64,000 nucleotides of DNA. It comes from an uncultured bacterium. Lineage in GTDB: Bacteria; Patescibacteriota; Minisyncoccia; Phycocordibacterales; Phycocordibacteraceae. Position 1 is the stretch's first letter. The number at the start of each line of letters is the position of its first letter. Below, in pieces: positions 18,855 to 27,182 of this stretch. The stretch lies in the NCBI GenBank assembly GCA_903825105.1, contig CAIJZI010000006.1, forward strand, positions 87,368 through 151,367, read 5' to 3'. The notes under the pieces are model-generated. The model had not been told where the DNA came from. It did no database searches and saw only the letters and a list, made by a program, of their open reading frames with translations. The position numbers were made by a program, and so were the translations under genes.

Positions 18855-20231
18855 TTAACGGTCTTGGATGAAGGTGAGTGCGATACCCTTCTGCGAAGCA
18901 CGGCCAGTACGACCAACGCGATGGATGTAATCCTCGTAGGTTGACGGAAGGTCGTAGTTAATTACATGCGACACAGCGGGGATATCGAGGCCACGCGCCG
19001 CGACATCGGTCGCGACGAGCGCGACTACCTGTCCTGTTTTAAACGCCTCGAGCGCTCGAATACGGGCATTGTAGGTCTTGTTACCGTGGATAGACTCGGC
19101 GTGGATGTGCCTGCGCGAGAGATCTTTGGCGAGTCGCTCGACACCGTGCTTCGTGCGGCCGAAGACGAGCACTTTATTGAATTCGCGATTCTGCATCAAT
19201 TCAACAAGCACCTCGAATTTCTCTTTGCCGCGCGGAATGCGCACGATATCTTGTTCAATATTTTTTGAAGTATCGCGCGTTCGTACCGAGATGACCATCG
19301 GATTATGAAGGAAGTCGCCGATGAGTTTCTCTACACCTTTTTCCATCGTTGCACAGAAGAAAAGGGTTTGACGATTTTCTTTACGCATCTTGCCGAGGAT
19401 AAATCGCATATCGTCGATGAAGCCCATGTCCATCATTCGATCGGCTTCGTCGAGAACGACATTGCTAAAGGTCGAGAGATCGAGAGCCTTGCGCTCCATC
19501 AAGTCCTTCATTCGCCCTGGTGTACCGATAACGAATGCTGGGTTGTGCTTAAGTGCTGATATTTGTGGCCCGATATTGGTACCACCAACAGCGACCATAC
19601 CGCGGAAGCCGAGACCCTTCGCGAATCCGGCGAGCTCCTTTTCGATCTGCACCGCGAGCTCACGCGTTGGTGCCATAATCAAGACTTTTTCATCCTTCTG
19701 CTTCACGACTTTGTCGATAAGCGGAATAAGAAATGCTGCCGTCTTCCCTGTCCCTGTCTCTGCGAGACCGACGATGTCGTGCCCCAAAAGAGCGTGCGGG
19801 ATCGTTTTATCCTGAATCGGAGTCGGCGTTGTGTAGCCGTGCGCGAGGATATTCTTTTTCAAATGTTCATTGATGTTGAAATCTGAAAAAGCGTTTTCTG
19901 GAACGAAGACTTCTTCCTTCGTTGTGACGACCGCATTGTTTTTAAACTTCGCGATCTCCGATTCTATCGTACCGAATGAGCCGAAGCCCTTGCCGCGCGG
20001 CGGGTATTTGCTTCGCATTGGTGCGCGGCCATACGGACCACTGCTTCTCCCGAAGCGCGAAGGCTGTGGTCCTTGTGAAGAATAGCGTCTTCCTGCAGGA
20101 CCAGCTGCTGCTGGACGAGCCGAATAAGAAGACCCTGAATTTCTCGAGGTACCAGAAGATCTCGACGCTCTCGTCGAAGTTCCTGAATTTGAATTATTTG
20201 ATGTTTGATGATTCCAACGCCCTACTTGCAT
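18855..20231 (-). CDS. DEAD-box RNA helicase
   Basis: Q motif PTPIQ, AETGTGKT, PTRELA, TPGR, DEAD, ARGLD, HRVGRTGR; Arg/Ser/Gly-rich N-terminus. Confidence 0.96.
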   Translation of the reverse strand: MQVGRWNHQTSNNSNSGTSTRASRSSGTSRNSGSSYSARPAAAGPAGRRYSSQGPQPSRFGRSSGPYGRAPMRSKYPPRGKGFGSFGTIESEIAKFKNNAVVTTKEEVFVPENAFSDFNINEHLKKNILAHGYTTPTPIQDKTIPHALLGHDIVGLAETGTGKTAAFLIPLIDKVVKQKDEKVLIMAPTRELAVQIEKELAGFAKGLGFRGMVAVGGTNIGPQISALKHNPAFVIGTPGRMKDLMERKALDLSTFSNVVLDEADRMMDMGFIDDMRFILGKMRKENRQTLFFCATMEKGVEKLIGDFLHNPMVISVRTRDTSKNIEQDIVRIPRGKEKFEVLVELMQNREFNKVLVFGRTKHGVERLAKDLSRRHIHAESIHGNKTYNARIRALEAFKTGQVVALVATDVAARGLDIPAVSHVINYDLPSTYEDYIHRVGRTGRASQKGIALTFIQDR

Positions 20232-20307
20232 AATGTGTGTAGCTAAATAAATAAAAGAAAACAAAGCGCGATTACGCGTTGTTTATGGTCCTGTTCACTT
20301 TCCGAAA

Positions 20308-20625
20308 TTAAGAAATGGAGTCGATTTGAACCTTGAGAACTGGTTGACGATGGCCATTGCGCTTAAAGTAGCGGCTTTTTGGCTTATACTTCACCACTTC
20401 AATTTTCTTTGCTTTTCCGGCGAGAACAACGGTGCCCTTGACCTCCGCGCCCTTAATAGTTGGCGCGCCGATGGTCGTGTCCGAGCCGTTGTCGACGAGG
20501 AGCACCTCGTTAAAGACAACTGTGTCACCCTTCTTCAAATCCCCGGGCAATTTCTCAATCGCAATGGTGTCGCCCTTAGAGACGACATACTGCTTCCCGC
20601 CGGTTTTGATTACAGCCACTTCCAT
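20308..20625 (-). CDS. rplU: 50S ribosomal protein L21
   Basis: AVIKTGGKQY.V, IEKL, GHRQ. Confidence 0.97.
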   Translation of the reverse strand: MEVAVIKTGGKQYVVSKGDTIAIEKLPGDLKKGDTVVFNEVLLVDNGSDTTIGAPTIKGAEVKGTVVLAGKAKKIEVVKYKPKSRYFKRNGHRQPVLKVQIDSIS

Positions 20626-20712
20626 GTGGCTTTAATCTAGCACGGTTGATTATAAAGCGCAAGGGTGGTAGATTTACCGCGGATTTGTTACTTCAACCAA
20701 GGAGGTTGAGTC

Positions 20713-21282
20713 ATGGGTTTTGTAATTAACGAGCTTAACAAAATGGATAAGCGCGAACTTCTGCATTCGCTGCCAGGATTATTCCTTGCATATTTTGCCG
20801 AATTCGCAATAGCGGTTCACCAAGGAACCGGCCTGCCAATGATCGGGATCTTCAAAGATGGTGTGCTACAGCATGTGGCAATCGAGTGCCCAGACGGAAG
20901 AATGTTTGACGCTCGCGGATTTGTAGAGACATCATCGAAAAGATTCTTGGAAAAATGGCTAACCGACGGTGTCGAGCTGACTCTTACGCCGGTAACTGAA
21001 GCCAAACTCCGCGCCATTCGAGTCGTTGACAAAGACGGTTACAGAGTCGAGCAAGCAAGAGTCAGCGCTGAGATTCTGTTTCCAGAATTACCATGGAAAA
21101 ATGGCGGCGACCTCAAGCGAGTACACGGCTTCCTGGGCAATCTGCAGCATCTCTTCCTTAAATACGGTGTGAAAGTTGAAGTCCCTTTCGAGATCTCAAT
21201 TCAAACAGATGAGGAGATGGGGCGACCGAACATGTACGCAATTCATCCCTCGGTTACGCGCTACAAAATTCTGAGCGAGTAA
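20713..21282 (+). CDS. Hypothetical protein (ORFan cassette)
   Basis: 189-aa ORF with AAGGAGG SD and its own terminator at 21293-21321. Confidence 0.75.
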   Translation: MGFVINELNKMDKRELLHSLPGLFLAYFAEFAIAVHQGTGLPMIGIFKDGVLQHVAIECPDGRMFDARGFVETSSKRFLEKWLTDGVELTLTPVTEAKLRAIRVVDKDGYRVEQARVSAEILFPELPWKNGGDLKRVHGFLGNLQHLFLKYGVKVEVPFEISIQTDEEMGRPNMYAIHPSVTRYKILSE

Positions 21283-21292
21283 CCCAAATTCG

Positions 21293-21321
21293 AAGGCCGG
21301 CGCTTACGCGTCGGCCTTTTT
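21293..21321 (+). terminator. Intrinsic terminator
   Basis: AAGGCCGGCG-loop-CGTCGGCCTTTTT. Confidence 0.8.
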
Positions 21322-21328
21322 GTATAAA

Positions 21329-21589
21329 TTACCTTCTTCTCGTGCCGGGACGAATCCTGATGTTCGTCCGGCGGCGAAGGAATGATCTTCGTAGGATGTA
21401 GTAATTAGTCGGCAGCCAGCGAATGGCCGCCGATAGGAGCTTCTTTTTGTTGTCGCAGCCCGCGACTTCAAGAACCGGCGAGATCTTCGCCAAATCGAAG
21501 CCTATGTCGGCTTTTGGTTCAGTCACATCGATGCTTTTACCTAACGGTAAAGCGCCCAACACTGCTGCCAACCGAACGATTACTCGCAT
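21329..21589 (-). CDS. Hypothetical basic protein
   Basis: 86-aa ORF with GGAAGGGGAG directly before the ATG. Confidence 0.5.
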   Translation of the reverse strand: MRVIVRLAAVLGALPLGKSIDVTEPKADIGFDLAKISPVLEVAGCDNKKKLLSAAIRWLPTNYYILRRSFLRRRTNIRIRPGTRRR

Positions 21590-21651
21590 CTCCCCTTCCT
21601 TTCTATTCCGCTATTACTTTACCAAAAATCAGCATCCTGTCCATAACATTT

Positions 21652-21672
21652 TGCCGACACTAGGTGTCGGCA
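21652..21672. repeat. Palindrome family E
   Basis: TGCCGACAC-TAG-GTGTCGGCA, followed by a degenerate copy. Confidence 0.7.
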
Positions 21673-21707
21673 TCGACAACTTAGGTGTCTCGCCGCTAAA
21701 TAAATTC

Positions 21708-21734
21708 TAGTGAGAGCCTAAAGCTCTCACTACC
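21708..21734. repeat. Palindrome family B, copy 1
   Basis: TAGTGAGAGC-CTAAA-GCTCTCACTA-CC; 24 bp identical to 22372-22395. Confidence 0.9.
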
Positions 21735-21740
21735 CGCGTT

Positions 21741-21998
21741 TCATTTATAAGCATCTTTACGATGTCTGATTCTATAAACGATAATCATCTCCCCTTCAAA
21801 TTCAAAAAGCACACGATAGCTACCTAACCGCAGTCGGTATCCAGTAAATGGTGTTTGGACTTTTCTGACATGAAACTTGGGATCAAACGGATCGATGCAG
21901 AAATTCCCATTAAGTAATCCTCGAACTTTTTGTTGCACATCTCTCGGCAGATGTTTGTACTCTCGTTCAGCAGCAGAAGTGAGAGTTACGCGAGCCAT
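21741..21998 (-). CDS. RelE/ParE-family type II toxin
   Basis: 85 aa, YRLRLGSYRVLF..IIVYRIRHRKDAY. Confidence 0.9.
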   Translation of the reverse strand: MARVTLTSAAEREYKHLPRDVQQKVRGLLNGNFCIDPFDPKFHVRKVQTPFTGYRLRLGSYRVLFEFEGEMIIVYRIRHRKDAYK

Positions 21999-22000
21999 TT

Positions 22001-22276
22001 TTAATGAACGCTATCTCGTACTTTTTCCCAAGGGATAAACTTCTTGCCTTTATTTTCTTTAATGAGCCGAGCGAGCGTACGCCCAGCTTGTTCGTCTTCC
22101 CAAAGTTCCATAAGCTCGTTATACGCATCGGCGCCAAGCACCACATAGCTCTCGCCGCCCTTTCGGTCAGAGATAATGAGCGGATGCTTCTTGGCTTTCG
22201 CGAGATTGCTCGCGAGCTCGGCTCTAAAACCGCTTATGCCGATTGTTTTAGGCACTTTTGTGAATATTGTATTCAT
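22001..22276 (-). CDS. Phd/YefM-like antitoxin
   Basis: IGISGFR.EL..PLIIS..YVVL..DAYNEL.E, FIPWEKV; directly upstream of the toxin. Confidence 0.8.
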   Translation of the reverse strand: MNTIFTKVPKTIGISGFRAELASNLAKAKKHPLIISDRKGGESYVVLGADAYNELMELWEDEQAGRTLARLIKENKGKKFIPWEKVRDSVH

Positions 22277-22284
22277 ATTTCTAT

Positions 22285-22302
22285 TGTACGCGTATGTGTA
22301 CA
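22285..22302. promoter_or_regulatory. Probable TA operator
   Basis: TGTAC-N8-GTACA inverted repeat just upstream of the antitoxin start. Confidence 0.5.
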
Positions 22303-22337
22303 GATATGCAACTACCCTTGTGGATAATTTTACATTT

Positions 22338-22395
22338 TACCGAAGTCAGACTTCGGTATTTAGTGAGAGCTTGAGAGCCTAAAGCTCTCACTACC
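22338..22395. repeat. Palindrome cluster: family C variant plus family B copy 2
   Basis: TACCGAAGTC-A-GACTTCGGTA, then TAGTGAGAGCT-TGAGAGCCTAAAGCTCTCACTACC. Confidence 0.85.
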
Positions 22396-22402
22396 AAAAA
22401 GT

Positions 22403-22433
22403 AAAAAGCCGACGCTCGCGCGTCGGCCTTTTT
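22403..22433. terminator. Intrinsic terminator
   Basis: AAAAAGCCGACGC-loop-GCGTCGGCCTTTTT; resembles 21293-21321. Confidence 0.8.
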
Positions 22434-22445
22434 GTTTTGGGAAGG

Positions 22446-22688
22446 TCAGACCTTCCCATTTCCCGGCTTCTCTTCGGTGTTGACTACATATCGTGAAGGC
22501 TCCGGGAAACCCCCTCTAAATTCAACCGACAAAATGGCCATTCCCGTTACACTAAGATTGCCGTTGGTTGCTTTGAAGGCGGCCAATGCTTCAGGAAACA
22601 ACTGCGACACAAACTGTCCTTCGAATTGTTTCCGAAAAACAAAAACGCCGTGCCCCAAACCTTCAACTACAAGATGGCCATACTCCAT
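22446..22688 (-). CDS. Hypothetical protein (ORFan cassette)
   Basis: 80 aa, AGGAGG SD, TTGACA..TATAGT promoter upstream, terminator downstream. Confidence 0.7.
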   Translation of the reverse strand: MEYGHLVVEGLGHGVFVFRKQFEGQFVSQLFPEALAAFKATNGNLSVTGMAILSVEFRGGFPEPSRYVVNTEEKPGNGKV

Positions 22689-22798
22689 AAGATACCTCCT
22701 GTACCTCTGGCAATACTATATACTATCCTGCGACGGTTTGTCAAGCAGTTCCGGCTCGATGCCGATTTTAGAGTCGGCGATGCGGTACACATCTTTAT

Positions 22799-23158
22799 CT
22801 ATTTTCCCGAGTTCTTTTTGAGATATTCCTTAACTGGATCTGCAACAGTATTTTCGTTTATACCATTCTCTTTACAATATGATGATTTTTGAAGCCAATC
22901 CCACAATTTCTTTTTTCCTCTACTCGAGTTACAACTCCCGCAACATATTGCCAAATCTTCTTTTTCTAAACCAGTTCTTAAACCTTTTTCTGTCCAATAA
23001 AATGGCTTAACTTCCCTCAAGTGTTCAATTGTAGCTGAATGTTTTCTATTACTACTTTGCCAAGGATAAATCATTGGGTTGTTGCAATACACGCACTTCG
23101 TATCCCTATTTCTGATTTCTGCTTCAACATCTTCAGGAATACGAAATTTATTGGACAT
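22799..23158 (-). CDS. HNH endonuclease
   Basis: RD.KCVYC, ATIEHL, CCGSCNSSRG. Confidence 0.85.
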   Translation of the reverse strand: MSNKFRIPEDVEAEIRNRDTKCVYCNNPMIYPWQSSNRKHSATIEHLREVKPFYWTEKGLRTGLEKEDLAICCGSCNSSRGKKKLWDWLQKSSYCKENGINENTVADPVKEYLKKNSGK

Positions 23159-23162
23159 AAAA

Positions 23163-23474
23163 TTATTTTTTATCTTCTGGTAATCTGCCTTCCTTCTCCA
23201 TTCGCTCATAAGTGTCTGCCTCGAGACAGCGATTTATTATATTGCTTATATGCCAGTATGAGTGTCCTTCGTAGTCATAATACATCTGCTTAGTTGTATA
23301 GAAATATGATTCGTAACCAAAAGTATCGATGTGATGCGCTAAAGCCAAAAATAATTCATTATCTACATTTTCCTGCACGATATATTCGTGTGGCCATGTC
23401 GTCTCATATGTTTTTGCAAAAATCCAGTTGCAATCTTTTATGAATTTCTTTAATTGTTCAGAGAGTTCGTTCAT
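23163..23474 (-). CDS. Hypothetical protein
   Basis: 103-aa aromatic-rich ORF (WIFAKTY..WPHEY), co-oriented with rmuC and the HNH gene. Confidence 0.75.
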   Translation of the reverse strand: MNELSEQLKKFIKDCNWIFAKTYETTWPHEYIVQENVDNELFLALAHHIDTFGYESYFYTTKQMYYDYEGHSYWHISNIINRCLEADTYERMEKEGRLPEDKK

Positions 23475-23477
23475 TTA

Positions 23478-24521
23478 CTATTCTTCGTGAATAATCGGCT
23501 TTTCAAGCAAGAGAGGCTCAACCCCCACTTTTTCTTCTGTTATTCGATATACATCCTTATCTATTTTGGCGAGTTCTTTATGCCCGGCGTTAAAATGAGA
23601 CACAACCGTTCCAAGTGCGTTCCCTAATTTCAGATAAAAAGTATTGGTTGTTTCAATATGTTTAACAAGCTCTCCCACGCGCTTCTGAATTTCTTCGGCA
23701 CGCTCTTCGATCTTCATTGCGTTCAACCCAAGCAGAACGGTCTGAAGGTAGGCGAGGAATGAAGTTGGCGAAACGATGATCACTTTATATTTAGACGCAG
23801 CGCGTTGGAGCAGATTATCTTCTTCGGACGCGCCAACCTGATTCGTCAGCAGATCATAATAAATCCCTTCAGACGGGATAAACATAAAAGCGAAGTCCAT
23901 CGTCCCCTCTTCAGGGCGAATGTATTTCGCCGTTTCGGTGATGCGCATCTTAAGGTCATTCACAAAGGCTTTTTCAAATGCGGGCTTCTCGCTCTCGTCG
24001 GCGTGCACTAAGCGATTATAATTTTCAAGCGAAAACTTAGAATCAATCGGTACTATCTTATTATTTACAAAAACGACCGCGTCTACTATCTCGCCGTTCT
24101 TGAATGGGTATTGGATCTGATAACCGTCTGGAGGCAGAACATTCTTGAGTGTTGTTTCCAAATAATATTCACCGAGAATACCTCGTTGTTTTGGATTCTT
24201 CAGAATGTCTTGTAGACCCTTCAGTTGTTCAGCGAAGCCTTGTGTCTGCCGACCAATCTCTTTGACCGAAGTGACCTCTTGAGTAATCTCTTTAATCAGG
24301 CGATTCGATTCTGAAAATTGGCGATGCGTTGTCTCTTGCATCGTTCGCGACGACTCGGCGACGCGTGCGTCGAGCGTCCGAGTGAGCTCCTGCATCTGCT
24401 GTTGAAGCAAAAGAATTCCAGCATTATCTTCTTTTCCCTCTTTCGACAAATCGCGTTTTTGTAACAAAAAATACATAAGAACGACAACGGCGATAGCGAG
24501 AAGTATGACGGCAATATTCAT
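23478..24521 (-). CDS. rmuC: DNA recombination protein RmuC
   Basis: TM anchor, coiled coil, RG.LGE..LE, IDSKF, TMDFAFMFIPSEGIY, VSPTSF. Confidence 0.93.
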   Translation of the reverse strand: MNIAVILLAIAVVVLMYFLLQKRDLSKEGKEDNAGILLLQQQMQELTRTLDARVAESSRTMQETTHRQFSESNRLIKEITQEVTSVKEIGRQTQGFAEQLKGLQDILKNPKQRGILGEYYLETTLKNVLPPDGYQIQYPFKNGEIVDAVVFVNNKIVPIDSKFSLENYNRLVHADESEKPAFEKAFVNDLKMRITETAKYIRPEEGTMDFAFMFIPSEGIYYDLLTNQVGASEEDNLLQRAASKYKVIIVSPTSFLAYLQTVLLGLNAMKIEERAEEIQKRVGELVKHIETTNTFYLKLGNALGTVVSHFNAGHKELAKIDKDVYRITEEKVGVEPLLLEKPIIHEE

Positions 24522-24559
24522 ATATTCATTAGTATAGCGCGTTTATTTATTGTGATAAA

Positions 24560-25024
24560 ATGACAAGCATGACTATCCACGAAACATTAAAACAATCAAT
24601 CCCTGAGGCGCTTCGCGCACACGACGAGGTGAAGCTCCGCACGCTTCGCTCGCTCGTAACGATGATGGTGAACGAGGTCGTCGCCAAGAAGCGTAAGCCA
24701 GACGAATTCCTCACCGACGAAGAAGCCTTGGCAGTGATTAAACGAGCGGCAAGCCAAAGAAAGGATTCTATCGAACAATTCGAGAAGGCCTCGCGCTCTG
24801 ACCTCGCCGCGCCCGAGAAGGCAGAGCTCGCGATTATTGAAGCGTATCTCCCGACAATGATGGCTCGCGAAGAGATCGAGAAGATAGCAAAGGCTAAAAT
24901 GGCAGAACTCGGCGTCTCTTCAAAAGCCGAAGCGGGTAAATTTACCGGTATGTTGATGAAAGAGCTGAAAGGTCAAGCCGACGGGGCTGATGTAAAGGCG
25001 GTTGTGGATAACTTGCTTTTTTAA
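24560..25024 (+). CDS. GatB/YqeY domain protein
   Basis: QRKDSIEQF..R.DLA..E.AEL.IIEAYLP, GQADG..V. Confidence 0.92.
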   Translation: MTSMTIHETLKQSIPEALRAHDEVKLRTLRSLVTMMVNEVVAKKRKPDEFLTDEEALAVIKRAASQRKDSIEQFEKASRSDLAAPEKAELAIIEAYLPTMMAREEIEKIAKAKMAELGVSSKAEAGKFTGMLMKELKGQADGADVKAVVDNLLF

Positions 25025-25075
25025 ACAGACTATGGTATAGTCCTAGATAGGACATTTGGTCCTTCGAGGTGAAGT

Positions 25076-25309
25076 GTGCGGGAATTTGCTCAAATTCAAG
25101 AAGCCATTTTCGGTCACGATACTGCCACTCTAATAGCAGCAGGTCGTAAGAGCGCTCAAATACGGCGCGAGAAAAAGGCGCGAGAACTGCGCATAAAAAA
25201 TGCGCAGATCGCCAGAGAAATGCTCGAAAGAGCAATTGAGTGTAACGAGCACATTCTCACCCCCGACGGCGAAGACGGTGTCTTCCCAGACGGAGTGATT
25301 CGGTATTAA
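25076..25309 (+). CDS. Hypothetical small protein (ORFan cassette)
   Basis: GAGGTG SD before GTG start, TGGTATAGT upstream, terminator at 25308-25346. Confidence 0.6.
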   Translation: MREFAQIQEAIFGHDTATLIAAGRKSAQIRREKKARELRIKNAQIAREMLERAIECNEHILTPDGEDGVFPDGVIRY

Positions 25310-25346
25310 CGCGGGTAGCTACGACTGTTGTAGCTCCCGCGTTTTT
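25308..25346 (+). terminator. Intrinsic terminator
   Basis: AACGCGGG.AGCTAC..GTAGCTCCCGCGTTTTT. Confidence 0.8.
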
Positions 25347-25395
25347 GTTTCCCCGCTTCCCTCCTCTCTCTTTTTTTGTTATAAAACATATACAC

Positions 25396-25470
25396 GGCCT
25401 CATCGTCTAGCGGCTAGGACACATCCTTCTCAAGGATGGAACCGGGGTCCGATTCCCCGTGAGGTCACCA
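25396..25470 (+). tRNA. tRNA-Glu(CTC)
   Basis: Acceptor GGCCTCA/TGAGGTC plus ACCA; anticodon arm CATCC-TTCTCAA-GGATG; atypical T-loop TCCGATT. Confidence 0.92.
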
Positions 25471-25496
25471 GATTTGTTCTATGTTAGGATTTAATT

Positions 25497-26066
25497 ATGA
25501 TGGATAAAGTCGATTGGTCTGAATGGTATGACCTGACACGAGCGAAGTCTCCAAGCAGGTTGCTCGTAGAAGCTCTCTCATATGTTAAAGATACGGGAAA
25601 AGTAATCGATATTGGTGGCGGTGCATTAAAAGATACTAGGTATCTTTTGCAAAAAGGATTTGATGTAACTGTCATTGATAACAGTCCTCTTTTGGAGAAA
25701 GAGGCTAGCGCAATTAATAATGAACGATTACATCCATTCGTTATTTCATTTGAGGATTTTCACTTCCCCATCAATGACTATGTTTTAGCATCGGCAATGC
25801 AGTGTTTATCTTATTGTGAGCCCGCACATTTTAGTCGCGTGATTATTGATATTAAATCCTCACTAAAAGAAGGCGGAATATTCTGTGGGCAGATATATGA
25901 TGAATATGACCAAAATTCAAAAAGTCTCCACAAAACATACAAAACTGCTGACGAGATAAGAGAATATTTAAAGGATATGGAGCTGATTTTGTTTAAAGAA
26001 GAAGAAACGGAGGAGGGCCGAACAAAACACTGGCGTATTTATAACTTTATCGCTCGAAAAAAATAG
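25497..26066 (+). CDS. Class I SAM-dependent methyltransferase (TehB-like)
   Basis: VIDIGGG..D..YLL.KGFDVTVID, LKEGGIFCGQ. Confidence 0.85.
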   Translation: MMDKVDWSEWYDLTRAKSPSRLLVEALSYVKDTGKVIDIGGGALKDTRYLLQKGFDVTVIDNSPLLEKEASAINNERLHPFVISFEDFHFPINDYVLASAMQCLSYCEPAHFSRVIIDIKSSLKEGGIFCGQIYDEYDQNSKSLHKTYKTADEIREYLKDMELILFKEEETEEGRTKHWRIYNFIARKK

Positions 26067-26087
26067 TCCCGCTTGGATCATAAAATC

Positions 26088-26114
26088 GTTTGCATTTCTA
26101 TACAAAAGTTATAT
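26088..26114 (+). promoter_or_regulatory. Duplicated promoter, copy 1
   Basis: GTTTGCATTTCTATACAAAAGTTATAT, identical at 26519-26545. Confidence 0.75.
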
Positions 26115-26153
26115 TCTTCAAGCGGAAGTTCTATTTAATTTTTTGGAGGGACT

Positions 26154-26447
26154 ATGCCTGGACAAAGTGAGTTTACGATCGAGGAAGCTGCAGAACAACT
26201 TGGAATTAGTGCATCTGAGTTGAAGAAGCTGCAGGCCCTGGAAAAGGCTGGGAAACTGCCCAAGGAATATGCCGCCGTACATCAGACGGACTTGTATAAC
26301 GCTCTCCTGCGCAAAGTGCGAGTAAAACAGGACTTGAGTTTCAGAATCTGTGTACAAGCTCTCGAGAGGAAGCGGGGAGAGAAAGAAACGGCGAGAGATA
26401 TGGCCGTGTTTCTCTTAAGACTCCAGGAGGTTGTGCGCAATGTGTGA
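26154..26447 (+). CDS. Hypothetical protein with possible N-terminal HTH
   Basis: GGAGG SD; FTIEEAAEQLGIS resembles a Xis/MerR-like HTH; terminator at 26455-26482. Confidence 0.7.
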   Translation: MPGQSEFTIEEAAEQLGISASELKKLQALEKAGKLPKEYAAVHQTDLYNALLRKVRVKQDLSFRICVQALERKRGEKETARDMAVFLLRLQEVVRNV

Positions 26448-26487
26448 TGCGCTGAAGAGGCGGCCTAACGGTCGCCTCTTTTATTTT

Positions 26488-26512
26488 ATGTAGGGTTTCA
26501 GAAACCCCACAT
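26488..26512. repeat. Palindrome related to family D
   Basis: ATGT-A-GGGTTTC-A-GAAACCC-C-ACAT between two cassettes. Confidence 0.7.
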
Positions 26513-26518
26513 GAGAAT

Positions 26519-26545
26519 GTTTGCATTTCTATACAAAAGTTATAT
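26519..26545 (+). promoter_or_regulatory. Duplicated promoter, copy 2
   Basis: Exact 27-bp match to 26088-26114. Confidence 0.75.
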
Positions 26546-26576
26546 ATTTCTCTCGGAAGCTCTTAAGGAGAATGTG

Positions 26577-27146
26577 ATGAAAAAGAAGATTTTGATTCTC
26601 GTTTTTCTGCTGATAGCCTTCGTAGCCGTCTGCGTATACTTCATGCCGCCAGCGGCTGGGCAAATGGGTAACGAGAGGCGCATCATCGATCTCGGCGCGA
26701 AGCCCTCGATCCCGAATGGCTGGACGATTGCGAAGCACCAGAAGAGCGAACTGCTTTGGTGGGACGCTTCTCTGGTCAATCTATATCTTTCCGGTTCACA
26801 ACAAATGACCGGGGATGTTGATGCCCAAAAGCTTCGCAAGGAGCTTAAGAAGCAGAAGGTCCTGAACGCAACAATCCTGGATTTTTTGCTTCAGAATAAA
26901 AAGCTCATCCCAAAATCATGGGAGAAAATTACCAGCAAAGGACGGTCTCCCGAGGAACAGATAAAACGAATCTGCTTTTGGGGAACACTGTATTGGGACG
27001 GCACTGGGAACCTGTCTGTGCGCTGTATGTATTTTGACACCCGTGTTGAGCCTAGCGTAGCTGAATGGCGTTCGGAGGCTGTGCAGATCTCTCGTGCAAG
27101 ATTCGGAGTGAACGATCTCGTAGCAGTTATGCGAGTCGAAAAATGA
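26577..27146 (+). CDS. Hypothetical secreted or membrane-anchored protein
   Basis: AAGGAG SD, signal-peptide-like N-terminus, terminator at 27157-27184. Confidence 0.75.
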   Translation: MKKKILILVFLLIAFVAVCVYFMPPAAGQMGNERRIIDLGAKPSIPNGWTIAKHQKSELLWWDASLVNLYLSGSQQMTGDVDAQKLRKELKKQKVLNATILDFLLQNKKLIPKSWEKITSKGRSPEEQIKRICFWGTLYWDGTGNLSVRCMYFDTRVEPSVAEWRSEAVQISRARFGVNDLVAVMRVEK

Positions 27147-27182
27147 TTCGCCCTTTAAGGCTCCGCCACGCGCGGAGCCTTT

